Source of the DNA: Octopus bimaculoides
Taxonomy: Eukaryota
Reading direction: 5' to 3'
NCBI RefSeq assembly: GCF_001194135.2
Contig: NC_068982.1
Location: forward strand, 185,173,798-185,237,797
DNA: 64,000 nucleotides
Under the pieces are notes generated by a model. It was given only the letters and a program-made list of their open reading frames with translations, searched no databases and was not told where the DNA came from. Position numbers and translations under genes: made by a program. Shown in pieces: positions 13,167 to 25,231 of the stretch (within the stretch, counting starts at the first letter, position 1; every line of letters starts with the position of its first letter).

Positions 13167-13683
13167 GGATCTTTTTTAAAACGGGGGCCACATTTTTCAT
13201 TAACGAAACACTTTGAAACTTGGAACACTGGTAGAATGTGTCATATAAAACATCTTTTTCTCTTAGTCTTCTTAAAAAAAAAAGAAATCCATAAGTTATT
13301 CCATGTTAAAGTTGTCGTATTTCTGTAATTTCAACCAATCACTGACGTCCATTCAGCCGATATACATTAAGTGCCGACTACATAAACAAACGACTCTGAA
13401 ACAATTAACCCTAACCCTAACCCTAACCCTAACCCTAACCTTAGGGTTAGGGTTAGGGTTAGGGTTAAAGCAAATTTAAAATGANNNNNNNNNNCTTGTC
13501 AGTGATTGGTTGAAATTATCGAAATAAGACAATTTTTTACATGAAATAAATTCGAATACCAAAATATTTTTCTGTTCTATAACACAAAATAGATAAGTAT
13601 ACGAAATTTGAAAGTCTTTCCGTACCAAAAACACTACGTAAAACATTAATGAAACATGTGGCCCCCAGTTTTAAAATAGATCC
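13167..13683. mobile_element. Non-autonomous DNA transposon (foldback) with 8-bp TSD and central inverted telomeric repeats
   Basis: TIRs of about 38 bp starting GGATC, TSD GAATACTG (13159-13166 / 13684-13691), internal inverted arms around AACCAATCACTGAC, and (TAACCC)5 TAACC / (TTAGGG)4 at the axis. Confidence 0.8.
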
Positions 13684-14293
13684 GAATACTGGACTAAATG
13701 TTTTATACTATTTAGTTTTATACTCTTTCTGTTTAGAGTTCAAAATCCCTCCATGGTAAACCTTTTCTTTCATTCTTCCATTCAACTATACTCTGTAACC
13801 TAAAGTGTGTTTCATAGAGAGATAACCTACTGGTGTCCCTCTTCTGCCTTTTGACAGGTTTTATGTGTAATTCTCACTAAGAAAAGTAAGTGGAGGTATC
13901 ATCTTAGTCATTGACCACCTGGAAGCAATAGAATAATACCAGTGGCACACTGGCTACCAAATCTATTCTCTATACTCCCTCATCCTGACAACATTTGACA
14001 TTATGTTCAGCCAATTTTATCCACAATACTACTGCACTTTAACTATAGTCAATGTTTAGTCAAACAAAGCGAATATTATTCTGTTATTAAGCTGACCCTT
14101 TCAGAAGTTCTCAGTCATAACAAAACAAGTTTAAAAGAAAAAACAAAATTTAATCAAATAAATGCATAAAGATAACATTTTTATATTAATAACTTCAATA
14201 ATAGAAAAAGGATTTCTAGCAAGAAGATTGTCCCCCTTCCTATGAAAATGAAATGAACAACCATCTATTATTATGTTTCTGTTTATTTTGCAG

Positions 14294-14392
14294 CATGGTA
14301 ACACAGCACTACATGAAGCTTCCTGGAATGGCTATAGTAAAACTTTAGATGTTTTAGTGAAGAACAACTGTAAGGTGTCAATTCAAAATAAG
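14294..14392 (+). CDS. ANKRD6: ANKRD6-like ankyrin-repeat exon (99 nt)
   Basis: ttttgcag / GTCAGT. Encodes HGNTALHEASWNGYSKTLDVLVKNNCKVSIQNK, matching the HGNTALHEASW repeat I recall from vertebrate ANKRD6. Confidence 0.92.
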
Positions 14393-15483
14393 GTCAGTTA
14401 AAAGTTATTTCTTACGGTGATGATTACATTTCAGTCAAATATCTGACTATTTTGGTAGATGTTAAAGTGGTGCATGGTAGAATGCTGGACTAAATATGAC
14501 ACAGTAACTAGTTACAGGATTCTATGTTCTCAGTTGAATTTTCAAATCAAATGTATTGCCCTAAGCTTATATTTGAAACCAACATTTTGATATATGTTAA
14601 AGAATCTGTACATCCTAGTTTACCGCCTGATATTTGCTTGGAGCTATGCATTGAGGCTTCTGTGAAGTGTGACTCATGTGAGTTTTAGTCTATGTGTTAA
14701 TGGACAGATATTGAAATTTGTCAAATCTGGTGACATGTAGAAAAGGGATGCAAGCTCGACTGAAAACATCAAATCAACAATAAGTAATAACACAGGTCAG
14801 ATTACAAATAATTTCAAAGAGTGCATATAACTTTTTGGATTCACTTGCCCTCCAACACTGGTGAAACTGATGTAGTTGAGTTTTTTTGTTTTTTTTTCCC
14901 CTCAATCAATTCTAAATTGTGCTGTGAGGTGACTGGCATGCCAAAGAATAGACCCAACGTTTGCTTTGCATATCATAAAAGGTGACTAGAAGAGGTTGAA
15001 GTAGGGTTTGCACTCTAACCTAAAACCCTCACCAGCAACTACTACCCAAGGGTAATCGTCCGAGTGGTGCAAAGGTGTCATCTGCTATGAATAGGGAATC
15101 ACCAACAAATTGTAAATGCAGCGACATGCTGTTATAGTGCACACCCCTATACTTCTCCTCCTCCTCTTACTACTGTTGCTACTGCTACTACTAAGAGTTG
15201 AAAAGCACACGTACAAGGAAGGAATCTTTGAGAGATGATATTCTGTGGGAGTGCCTTGGGAGTGGTAAACACAGTGTAGGTGATGAGAGAAGAGACGAGA
15301 TGAGTAAGGGTGGTCTGAAGAGCAGAGGCCACTGAAGTAATGATTTAATATCTGTCTGGTTTGGGAATGAATAATGGAATAGTTAACAACTTATATTCTT
15401 TTCAGTTATTGTATTGTGGCCATACTGGGGCACTACCTTATTACTTATAATATCTGAAGTTTGGATGATATTTTTTTTTCCAG

Positions 15484-15582
15484 AGTGGTTTTACTCCGTT
15501 GCACCTTGCTGCACAAAATGGTCATAATGAAAGTTCCAGAATTTTGATTTACTCTGGCTGTAGTACAGATATAAAAAACAAT
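15484..15582 (+). CDS. ANKRD6: ANKRD6-like ankyrin-repeat exon (99 nt)
   Basis: tttccag / GTAAGT. Encodes SGFTPLHLAAQNGHNESSRILIYSGCSTDIKNN. Confidence 0.92.
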
Positions 15583-16163
15583 GTAAGTATTATTGTTGTT
15601 TACCCATATAGATTTCTTACATTTATTCAAAGAAATCAACTCCTGCTTATTTAAAGATGAATTGGAGAGAGGAAGGATATCTGAGGAATGTCCTTTCACT
15701 CATTTGTTAAATTAGACCTGATTATGGTCAGTGACTGACACTATCACAAGGCTCATAACTCCAATATTACCGTAGAATTGCAGTACATCTTTCCTTACAT
15801 GTCATTATTGTTATCTCCTCACTCCATCCTTGTTTTATCTTTGCTGTGATACTTGCTGTCTCAATATTTAGGACTTGAGGCAGCGAGCTGGCAGAAACAT
15901 TAGCACGCCGGGCAAAAAGCTTAGCGGCATTTCGTCTGTCTTTACATTCTGAGTTCAAATTCCGCCGAGGTCAACTTTGCCTTTCATCCCTTTGGGGTCG
16001 ATAAATTAAGTACCAGTTGCATACTGAGTTCAATCAAATCGACTGGCTTCCTCCCCCAAAATTTCGGGCCTTGTGCCTAGAGCAGAAAAGAATATTTAGG
16101 ACTTAAAATATCTGTTTTATAAATAAGCACAAGTTATAAGTAATATATGTATTACAGAAATGT

Positions 16164-16196
<33 letters not shown>

Positions 16197-16261
16197 ACGT
16201 GCATGCATGTGTGTGGGTATTCTTACTTTAAATCCTTTAAATTCTCCACATATTTTTCCAG

Positions 16262-16360
16262 TATGGTGACACATCCTTACATACAGCAGCTCGTTATGGC
16301 CATGCAGGTGTTGCACGTATCTTAATTAGTGCCAGGTGTTCACTGAATGATGAGAACAAG
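16262..16360 (+). CDS. ANKRD6: ANKRD6-like ankyrin-repeat exon (99 nt)
   Basis: tttccag / GTAAGA. Encodes YGDTSLHTAARYGHAGVARILISARCSLNDENK. Confidence 0.92.
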
Positions 16361-16679
16361 GTAAGAAATTTCATTATATGTGTGGTGTATTGTTGCTGCC
16401 GTCATTTAATCCTGTCATCCTAAACCCAACAAACCTATAATCAACCCCACAAACCCTATTCACTATCAACCTGAGGTTCTCACATCCAACATCTTAAGAG
16501 TAATGTAGACAGTCATAACAACAACCTTAAACCTTTCTAATTCTTTAACAACTCTCAGCAGATATGGGTTTTCAGTTTCTGGAAATCTACATCTAACGGT
16601 CCAACCCATGCTAGCATGGAAAGCGGACGTTAAACGATGATGATGATGATTATGACTGCAAACCTACTTCCCTCTGTTT

Positions 16680-17500
16680 GTCACCAGTACCCTTTCACTC
16701 TTGAGAAATTTGGTGAAACCAGTGTTGTTCAGTTGATATCAGCAAAGCATTCTGCTAGTTCTAGGATGGAAACTCTTAGCTAAACTACTTGCTTATCTCT
16801 GATCCCTTGGATTGGAAGCCTTCTGTTAGATATCACCATCATTGCACATACTGATGGAACTCCCTATATGTTGTTGTTGGCACTCCATCGCTTACGACGT
16901 CGAGGTTTCCCGTTGATCCAATCAACGGAACAGCCTGCTCGTGAAATTAATGTGCAAGTGGCTGAGCACTCCACAGACACGTGTACCTTTAACGTAGTTC
17001 TCGGGGATATTCAGCATGACACAGTGTGACAAGGCTGGCCCTTTGAATTACAGGCACAACAGAAACAGGAAGAGTGAGAGAAAGTTGTGGTGAAAGAGTA
17101 CAGCAGGGTTCGCCACCATCCCCTGCCGGAGCCTTGTGGAGCTTTAGGTGTTTTCGCTCAAAAAACACTCACAACGCCCGATCTGGGAATCGAAACTGCA
17201 ATCCTATGACCGCGAGTCCGCTGCCCTAACCACCGGGCCATTGCGCCTCCGGAACTCCCTATAACCCACACAGCATCAACTCTTGTGTGGATCCAAAGTT
17301 AGTTTTGTCTCTAGACTGTTGCCCCTATACTCCAACAACTAACAAACATCCACCTTCAGCAACGTCGACTCTTATACAGGTGATACTACCTTTCTTTCCT
17401 CCCTTATTCTGCATTCGAACATCATCTTCATCCAGCCTGTGTCAACTCCATGAAGAGAGACTTGAAAACATCCCTCATTGGGGACATACCATACATATAT
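16680..17500 (+). mobile_element. Decayed CR1/Jockey-like LINE reverse transcriptase remnant, interrupted by a SINE A copy
   Basis: With the SINE removed, remnants FGETSVV, DISKAF, LLAKL, WIGSLL, INSCV..VLS and SYTGDTT follow the LDISKAFD / INSGVPQGSVL / YADD order of RT. Confidence 0.55.
16869..17250 (-). mobile_element. tRNA-derived SINE family A, full length
   Basis: Reverse complement of the 9848 element, with 13-bp TSD GGAACTCCCTATA (16856-16868 / 17251-17263). Confidence 0.9.
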
Positions 17501-18682
17501 TAAACACATATTACACCTCACCCACTCTCTAAAAACCTCAGCATAGGTGTATCAAATACTACATAATTAAAAGTAAAATGGGATAAGGGAATAGCACAAA
17601 TGAATTATGGCATGACTTTGATCAATGAGGTAAAGAGTGATTTGTTGAATGCCATATATGAAAATGTTTTATTTAATTGTAATTCCTTTCTTAATTAAAG
17701 AGAGAAAGGGGAAATAGTTTCACAAAATTAAATTACAATTAGTTTACAACCCGATCTTTGTAGGTAAAATGATAGCTATGGACACTTTTCGGTCTTATTA
17801 AATCTCATCAGCATGGCATAGTCTACTCGAGCTGGTTTTGATTAATTTAGTTTTTACACTTTAGTTTCTGAAAGAGACCTAAAGATTTTGTGCTAAAAAT
17901 GATTTCCATTATTGAAAAATAAAAGGAGCAAAGGGAAATAACTTAAGTGAGCTAATGGTATGAATCTAGAAAATAAAGCGGATGATGTATTGACTGATCA
18001 ATGTAGAAATTCTGACAAGTCTCAACCAAAATTTTGTGAGAAAAATTTAATTGACAGAAACTAGAAACTGCTTTTGGGTGGCAAACTTAGTCCAACTCTT
18101 GGTTTTACAACCTGGCTCTTGATTCTCTGTTTCAAAGAGCAAGGGAGATAATTTCATGAAACTAGTTTGTTAAGGTTAATTTACATGCCTGCTCGTTGAT
18201 TCATTTGAATTATTTCTCTTGGTTAATTTTTTTTTTTTTAAATTATACAAATTATACTGCCCATAACTTTTCTATATGTAAGAATCTCTGTCAAACTAAT
18301 CGAACAAGCTTACGTTTATAGTTGTCCCTTGCCTTATAAACAATGATAGAAGTTTTGATCCCCCAAACGTAAATTTACTTTGAAGATTAGGTCTAAATTT
18401 CTTGAAGTTATCTCCCCTCTTCGTAGTTGCTTTGAATAGGCTTTTGTTTTCTTTTTCTAAAAGGGAAATTTTAATTCAACGAATATTTTAACATACAGAA
18501 TTGACTACATGAGGCTTTATTATTGACTCATAGTACTTATGCTATGAAGCTGAACTGTGTACATTAATAAGAGGGTGGGTGCTTAGCGAGCTATATTAGA
18601 TTATGTACTAGCAAGAGGTGTGTAAAAACTAACACGTTCCAAATAATTATAATTGAACAGAGACTGTTCTTTTACTCCTCAG

Positions 18683-18781
18683 AATGGTGACACGCCGTTA
18701 CACATCGCTGCAGCATTGAAACGAAGGAAAATAGCTAAATTGCTTGTGGAAGCTGGTGTTGATTGTTCATTACGAAACAAG
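18683..18781 (+). CDS. ANKRD6: ANKRD6-like ankyrin-repeat exon (99 nt)
   Basis: ctcctcag / GTATGT. Encodes NGDTPLHIAAALKRRKIAKLLVEAGVDCSLRNK. Confidence 0.92.
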
Positions 18782-20989
18782 GTATGTTTTCATTTATTAT
18801 TTGGTTCTGTGAATGAGCTCAAAAACTGATGAGGTCGACTTTGCCCTTTTATCCATTCAGGGGTCAATAAAATAAGAACCAGTTGAGCAGTGGGGTCAAT
18901 GTAACGGACTTCCCATGTCTCTCAGAATCGTTGGACTTGTGCCAACATTTGAAACAATTATTAGAGGGACTGGCAAAGTTCTTGTCATTGTTGGCAACTT
19001 GCTTCGCCAAAGTGCCAGGTGATGCCCATGAGAGAGCTTGGCTTTTCTAATGCCTTAGCCTCACCATCACCCGTAATAATACCGTGAGCATGCTGGCTTG
19101 CTTCAGTAAATTCTGTTGAACCTTGTGGTGTGTGACCAATTGAAACCCTTGGTGCTGCATTGTTGTTTTTTTTTTCTTGTTTTTTCTCTTGTAAAATATA
19201 TTCCTGTTCATATTTTGAATAAAAGACTTCCCTATAATATATATATATAAAAAAAATATTTGGTTCCATATTTTGTTTTGCATCAGAAAGGCAGGGAGAA
19301 TACTCCTTCATCTGTTAACAATTGCCTTGGTTTGCTACTCTTTGTTTTCTCTCATAGATACTCAAGCAGGTTTAGTGAAGGCCCCAAATCTGGAAAGAAA
19401 ACCTCTCTAGTGATAACGTTAGAATAAAAAACATCTCTTCTGTTTTTTTGTTTTTTGTTTTGTTTTTCTGCTTGTTGAAGATTCAGCTGAAATAGGTTGC
19501 AGAATCTCTGGTCATCCCTGTCATATGAGTTAATAAGAAACCTCAAATAAACCAGTGTTGTTGGAAACATGGCTACATGTTGAAACAAGGCCAGCAGAGT
19601 AAATACTGCTGTTGTACACATTTTTGTTACTGTTTAATACCAGATCATCCTTGATGCAAAAGACCCCTGATCAAAAGCCATCAAATTGTGACCATCATGT
19701 CTTATATTCAGATATTGTGTATCTAAGACTACATTACCCAATGTTCTTTGCCTTTGTTAAGGCAGTAAGGTTTGATTCACAGGAAGGTTGGCTGCTAATT
19801 ATGGTAGTTTGAGCTGAGGCTCCTTCATCTCTCTTCTTGGAATGTTAGTGTAAAAGGGCAAAATGTATGGAAGGCTCATGTTTTGTGAGGGGGTAAAATC
19901 TATGGAAGCCTATGTTTTGCAAGCCTATGTTAGCTGAGAAAAATGTATGTAATTATTTCAACAATCTGGTAGAATCATTAGCATGTTGGACAAAATGCTT
20001 AGCAGCATTTCTTTCAACTCTTTATATTCTGGGTTCAATTTCCACCAAAGTCAACTATGCCTTTCACCTTTAGAGTTCAATAAAATAAGTACCAGTTGAG
20101 TCCTGGGGTTGGTGTAATTGACTAATGTTAGTTCTCAACCATTGTCCACATAGCCTTTGGGGGCCTATACAGGATTTTGGTGTCAAAATTTATCTGTAAT
20201 AAATTGGTTATATTTTTTCAAGGCACAAAATATTTTGATAAGTATTTTCATACAGTTTCTAATAATATTTAATTAAAATAAAAATATAATACAATTTTTA
20301 AACATCAGATGGCTAGGAGGGCCCATTCAAGTAAAATAGGCATCAAATGGATCCATGGGTAAAAAATGGTTGAGGAACACTAGACTACTAGACTACACCC
20401 TCCCCTAAAATTTCAGGCCTTGTGCCTATAGTAGAAAGGATCATCATCATCGCCATCACCATCGTCATCGTCATCGTCATCGTCATCATGCTGAGAATGA
20501 TGATGGAGATGATGATGGAGATGATGATGGCAATGATGAGTGTGATGTTAGTGGCACCATTGGTGGCAGAGGGGTTGATGGTGGTAGTGGTGGTGGTGAT
20601 GATAGTGACAATGAAAGCAATGACAAAAAGAAAAAAAGATGATTCTGAAGGTGAAGGTGATGGTAGTGGCAGTGGTGATCTATGGTGCCATTGTTGTTGA
20701 AGATAATTATGATGATGAGTGGTGACGTTGATCAATATTTAACTGATAATTAAGGTTAATTGTTTACACACCTGGCAAAATGCTTAGCAGCATTTTGTCT
20801 GTTTTCAGGTTCTGAGTTCAAATTCCACTGTTGTTTGACTTTGCTTTTCATCCTCTTGGGGTCGATAAAACAAGTACCAGTTGAGTACTGGGGTTGATGC
20901 AGTTGATTTACCGCCTCCCTGAAATTGCTGGCCTTGTACCAAAATTTGAAATTATTATTTAACTAATGATACTATTTGTCTTTTTCCAG

Positions 20990-21067
20990 CAAAATGAGAC
21001 AGCTGCTGACGTGGCACGAAGAAAAGAATATCCAGAGATTATATTAATTATTTCAGCAAATCACAAG
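20990..21067 (+). CDS. ANKRD6: ANKRD6-like last ankyrin (capping) exon (78 nt)
   Basis: tttttccag / GTAATT. Encodes QNETAADVARRKEYPEIILIISANHK. Confidence 0.85.
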
Positions 21068-22546
21068 GTAATTTGACTTGACTTCTTAATTCTATTTTTC
21101 AGTTAATATTCTTTTATATCACTACATGAACTTCATCACTTACTGGTTCTGTTCTCAGCTTGGGATAAGCTTTGGCCCATGGGAACTTCTGAGGAATTCC
21201 AACCATATTTCATGGTTTGCTACCTCAACAGCTCCTTTATAGGATCCAGTGGCTAAAGACATCATCAAGAGGATCCATGTCCGGTTTCGGCCCCTACTCC
21301 TCTACCATTTACGACACCCCCATCAACCCTACCTTTTGGAGGTGTCTTCAGCTCTGGTGTTGAATGCGTTTTTCTTTCTTCTTTTTTCTTTGGCCTTTTG
21401 TTCTTTGGTTTCTTCGATGCAGCATCAACGAACGTCAGTGGGCGAATGACCATCCTGCCAAATTTCCCTTTAAATACTTAGTGGTAGGCTCCCTCAGCCA
21501 GCACCATGTGATACTATCTAAGCTTCAACTGACCAATGAGGGGAAGGAGTGTAGTTTTGGCCTGCGCCCTCTCTAAACCTATCTTCCAACAGCTTCGTGT
21601 TAGTTTCAGTTCCAGCAGCCAGAGTCAACCAGCTGTCCGGTGGTACAAGCCTTCGAACTATCAGGGAGGAGGGCACGCAATGAACGAGATTGCATCCTTG
21701 GCTTCTGTTAAAGAATTACCTTTTAACAGTTACTTGCTTAAGTCCTTGCAGTCTGGCCATGCTGGGGCACCACTTTGAAGGGTTTTGGCTGAACAAACCA
21801 ATCCCAGTACTTATAATTTTGTTTTTAACTGGTATTTATCAGTTCTTTTGCTGAACCACTAAGTTATGGGGACATAAATGAACCAACACTGCCTGTTAAG
21901 TGGTGGGGAGGATTGATAAACACGGACAAAAAGACACACATGTTGTAGATACATATTGCTTGAAAAATAACTGTCTGAGATATAGACAACAACAGATTAA
22001 AACAACCGCACATGCTGACTACATTACAATGGGTTTCATACAATTTTGTTCAACTAAACTTTTCAAGGCAGTGACCCAGCTAGGCCATAGTCTAATGACT
22101 GAAACAAGTAAAAGATAAAAGATAACAGAAAGATGTAGGTTAAAACATAATATATATTATGTTTTATATATATTACTTTGCCCTCTCAGGTGCCAGTGCC
22201 ACTTAAAAAGCACCTGTACCAGTGCTGCGTTAATGCACCCATGCTGGTGGCACATAAAAAAGCATCCAGCACACTCTGTGAGATGGTTGGCATTAAGAAG
22301 GGCATCCAGCCATAGAACCCATGCCACAACAGATAGTTGGAGTCAGCTCCATGTCAAACTGTCCAATCTATGCCAGCATGGAAAGCAGACATTAAACGAT
22401 GATGATGATGATGATGATGATGATATTTTCATTCTCTGCCTTGAAGAATCTCTAGTAACTAGGAGGAATTGTCCCTCTTCTTGAGACAAATGAAATTAAA
22501 TAAACATAAGTATCTTTTCCTAGACTTTTGTATTTATTTTATGCAG

Positions 22547-22714
22547 GGCAAAGCTCGACCTCACCAGATAGTTCCAGAAGATAAACAAGCTGTCCACATT
22601 GCTGTCGATGGACCAAACATGGTGTTCAGAGGTAATGCTCCCACTGCTGCCAATAAAGAAACAGCAAAGCCAGAAAAGGAGAGGAGATTCTTCTTTTTCA
22701 AGAGGAAGAAAAAA
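22547..22714 (+). CDS. ANKRD6: ANKRD6-like linker exon (168 nt)
   Basis: tttatgcag / GTAAGG, phase 0-0. Encodes GKARPHQIVPEDKQAVHIAVDGPNMVFRGNAPTAANKETAKPEKERRFFFFKRKKK. Confidence 0.75.
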
Positions 22715-22769
22715 GTAAGGAGTTATTGTTTTGTTTGTTTTTTTGCTTCTTAGCTTTCTCCTTCATCAG

Positions 22770-22846
22770 TTCTACTATTACTACTACTAATGCTGCTGCT
22801 GCTACAAGTACTGCTGCTGCTGCTGCTACAAGTACTGCTGCTGCTG

Positions 22847-22883
<37 letters not shown>

Positions 22884-22895
22884 GACTGCTACTAT

Positions 22896-22931
<36 letters not shown>

Positions 22932-22936
22932 GACTG

Positions 22937-22976
<40 letters not shown>

Positions 22977-22984
22977 GACTGCTA

Positions 22985-23016
<32 letters not shown>

Positions 23017-23476
23017 ACAAGTACTGNNNNNNNNNNNNNNNNNNNNNNNNNNNNNNNNNNNNNNNNNNNNNNNNNNNNNNNNNNNNNNNNNNNNNNNNNN
23101 NNNNNNNNNNNNNNNNNNNNNNNNNNNNNNNNNNNNNNNNNNNNNNNNNNNNNNNNNNNNNNNNNNNNNNNNNNNNNNNNNNNNNNNNNNNNNNNNNNNN
23201 NNNNNNNNNNNNNNNNNNNNNNNNNNNNNNNNNNNNNNNNNNNNNNNNNNNNNNNNNNNNNNNNNNNNNNNNNNNNNNNNNNNNNNNNNNNNNNNNNNNN
23301 NNNNNNNNNNNNNNNNNNNNNNNNNNNNNNNNNNNNNNNNNNNNNNNNNNNNNNNNNNNNNNNNNNNNNNNNNNNNNNNNNNNNNNNNNNNNNNNNNNNN
23401 NNNNNNNNNNNNNNNNNNNNNNNNNNNNNNNNNNNNNNNNNNNNNNNNNNNNNNNNNNNNNNTACTACTACGACTG

Positions 23477-23508
<32 letters not shown>

Positions 23509-23585
23509 ACAAGTACTGCTGCTGCTGCTGCTACTACTACTACTACAACCACCACCACCACCACCACCACCACCACCACCAATAT
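22770..23585. repeat. Compound (ACT)n/(GCT)n/(ACC)n trinucleotide array spanning a gap
   Basis: Directly visible. It produces spurious poly-T/A, poly-L, poly-V and poly-S ORFs. Confidence 0.95.
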
Positions 23586-23906
23586 TGTCCTCAGAATTAC
23601 CACTCCTACAGAAAACATAACCAGCAATGCTACTACCAACACTATAGCCAGTGTCAATATCCAATTCACCGATACTACCATGACTATCACTGCAGCTTCT
23701 CTGCCACTCCTGCCACCCAGTATCACACCTTACAGCATCTCTCTTGTCACTCCCCCTCTGCCTTCACTGCCATACACCACCCAGGCATTATCACACCACT
23801 GACTCCTACACGGTTGTCTCTCCTGTCACTACCTGACAACACCATGCAATGGACAGATGTATGTTACTGTTGCACCAGTTACTCTAGCAATATTTCTACT
23901 AACACA

Positions 23907-24625
23907 AAGGCGGTGAGCTGGCAGAACCGTTAGCACGCCGGGCGAAATGCTTTGTGGTATTTTGTCTGCCGTTACATTCTGAGTTCAAATTCGGCCAAGG
24001 CCGACTTTGCCTTTCATCCTTTCGAGGTCGATAAATTAAGTACCAGTTATGCGCTGAGGGTCGATGTAATCGACTTAATCCCTTTGTCTGTCCTTGTTTG
24101 TCCCCTCTATGTTTAGCCCCTTGTAGGCAATAAAGAAATAAGAAATGTTAGCATGCTAGATGAAATGTTTAGCAGTATTTTGTCAGTTTTTATGTTCTGA
24201 GTTCAAATTCCATCGAGGTCGACTTTGGGGTTGATAAATTAATTACCAGTTGTGTACTGGAGCTGGTTTAATCGATTTACTTATCCCCTGAAATCGTTGA
24301 CCTTGTGCCAAAATTTTAAATCAGTATTTCTACTGATGCAAAGGCAGTGAGCTGGCAGAATTGTTAGCACGCCGGACGAAATGCTTAGCGATATTTCGTC
24401 TGCTGTTACGTTATGAGTTCAAATTCCGCCGAGGTCGACTTTGCCTTTCATCCTTTCGGGGTCGATAAANNNNNNNNNNGAGGTCGACTTTGCCTTTCAT
24501 CCTTTCGGGGTCGATAAATTAAGTACCAGTTATGCGCTGAGGGTCGATGTAATCGACTTAATCCCTTTGTCTGTCCTTGTTTGTCCTCTCTATGTTCAGT
24601 CCCCTGGTGGCCAATAAAGAAATAA
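23907..24625 (+). mobile_element. Cluster of 3-4 SINE family B copies
   Basis: Repeated GGCAGTGAGCTGGCAGAA heads and GGTCGACTTTGCCTTTCATCC cores at about 23907, 24140 and 24340. Confidence 0.8.
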
Positions 24626-25042
24626 GAATCGTTAGCATGCCAGTCAAAATGCTTAATGGCATTTTCTCTGTCTTTATACTATTTTCAAATCCCTCTCTTG
24701 TCAACATTACCCTTCATCCTTCTGAGAGTTTGATAGGCACCGGCATGGCTGTGTGGTTAGGAAGCTTGCTTTTCGACCAGATGGTTTCAGGCTCAGTCCC
24801 ACTGCATGGCACCTTGGGCAAGTGTCTTCTGCTATAACCTCGGGCTGACTGAAGCCTTGTGATTGAATTTGATAGGCAGAAGATCCCAACATGTGTGTTC
24901 ATGTGTGTGTAAGTGCTTGTGCCTCCTAACTGAGAGGAGGGAAAGTACAAGTCAAATACTGTGATTGATATAATCAACAATTTCCTCTTGCAACTTTGAA
25001 TTCTTGTACCTATATCAGATATTGATTTTGTTTTTTTAGCAG

Positions 25043-25231
25043 GACAAAGATAGAGGATCAGGGCCAGAGCACCCACAGCCAACCACAAGCAGACAACAAC
25101 AACAACAACCACAAAGATTACATACACCACACCAAGTAAACAAAAGCAATCCAGTTCAAGGATTCTTCAACAAGTATGTCCCTAAGGAAGGGTTTCAGTA
25201 CTACAGAGACCTGGCTGGAAATATTAAAGAG
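25043..25231 (+). CDS. ANKRD6: ANKRD6-like exon (189 nt)
   Basis: ttttagcag / GTGAGA, phase 0-0. Encodes DKDRGSGPEHPQP...VQGFFNKYVPKEGFQYYRDLAGNIKE and continues into GPIGYTPICQC of the next exon. Confidence 0.8.

Noticed and set aside
13406-13467. Ancestral telomere-telomere chromosome fusion site
   Set aside because: The orientation is CCCTAA then TTAGGG, opposite to a fusion, and the tract sits inside a TIR/TSD-bounded element.
18985-19700. Minus-strand ORFs of 78-108 aa inside the ANKRD6 intron
   Set aside because: No coherent domain. Faint RTE-like fragments suggest decayed LINE, too weak to annotate.
22698-23802. Mucin-like, poly-Leu, poly-Ser and poly-Val ORFs
   Set aside because: These are translations of a trinucleotide array and an N gap inside an intron.
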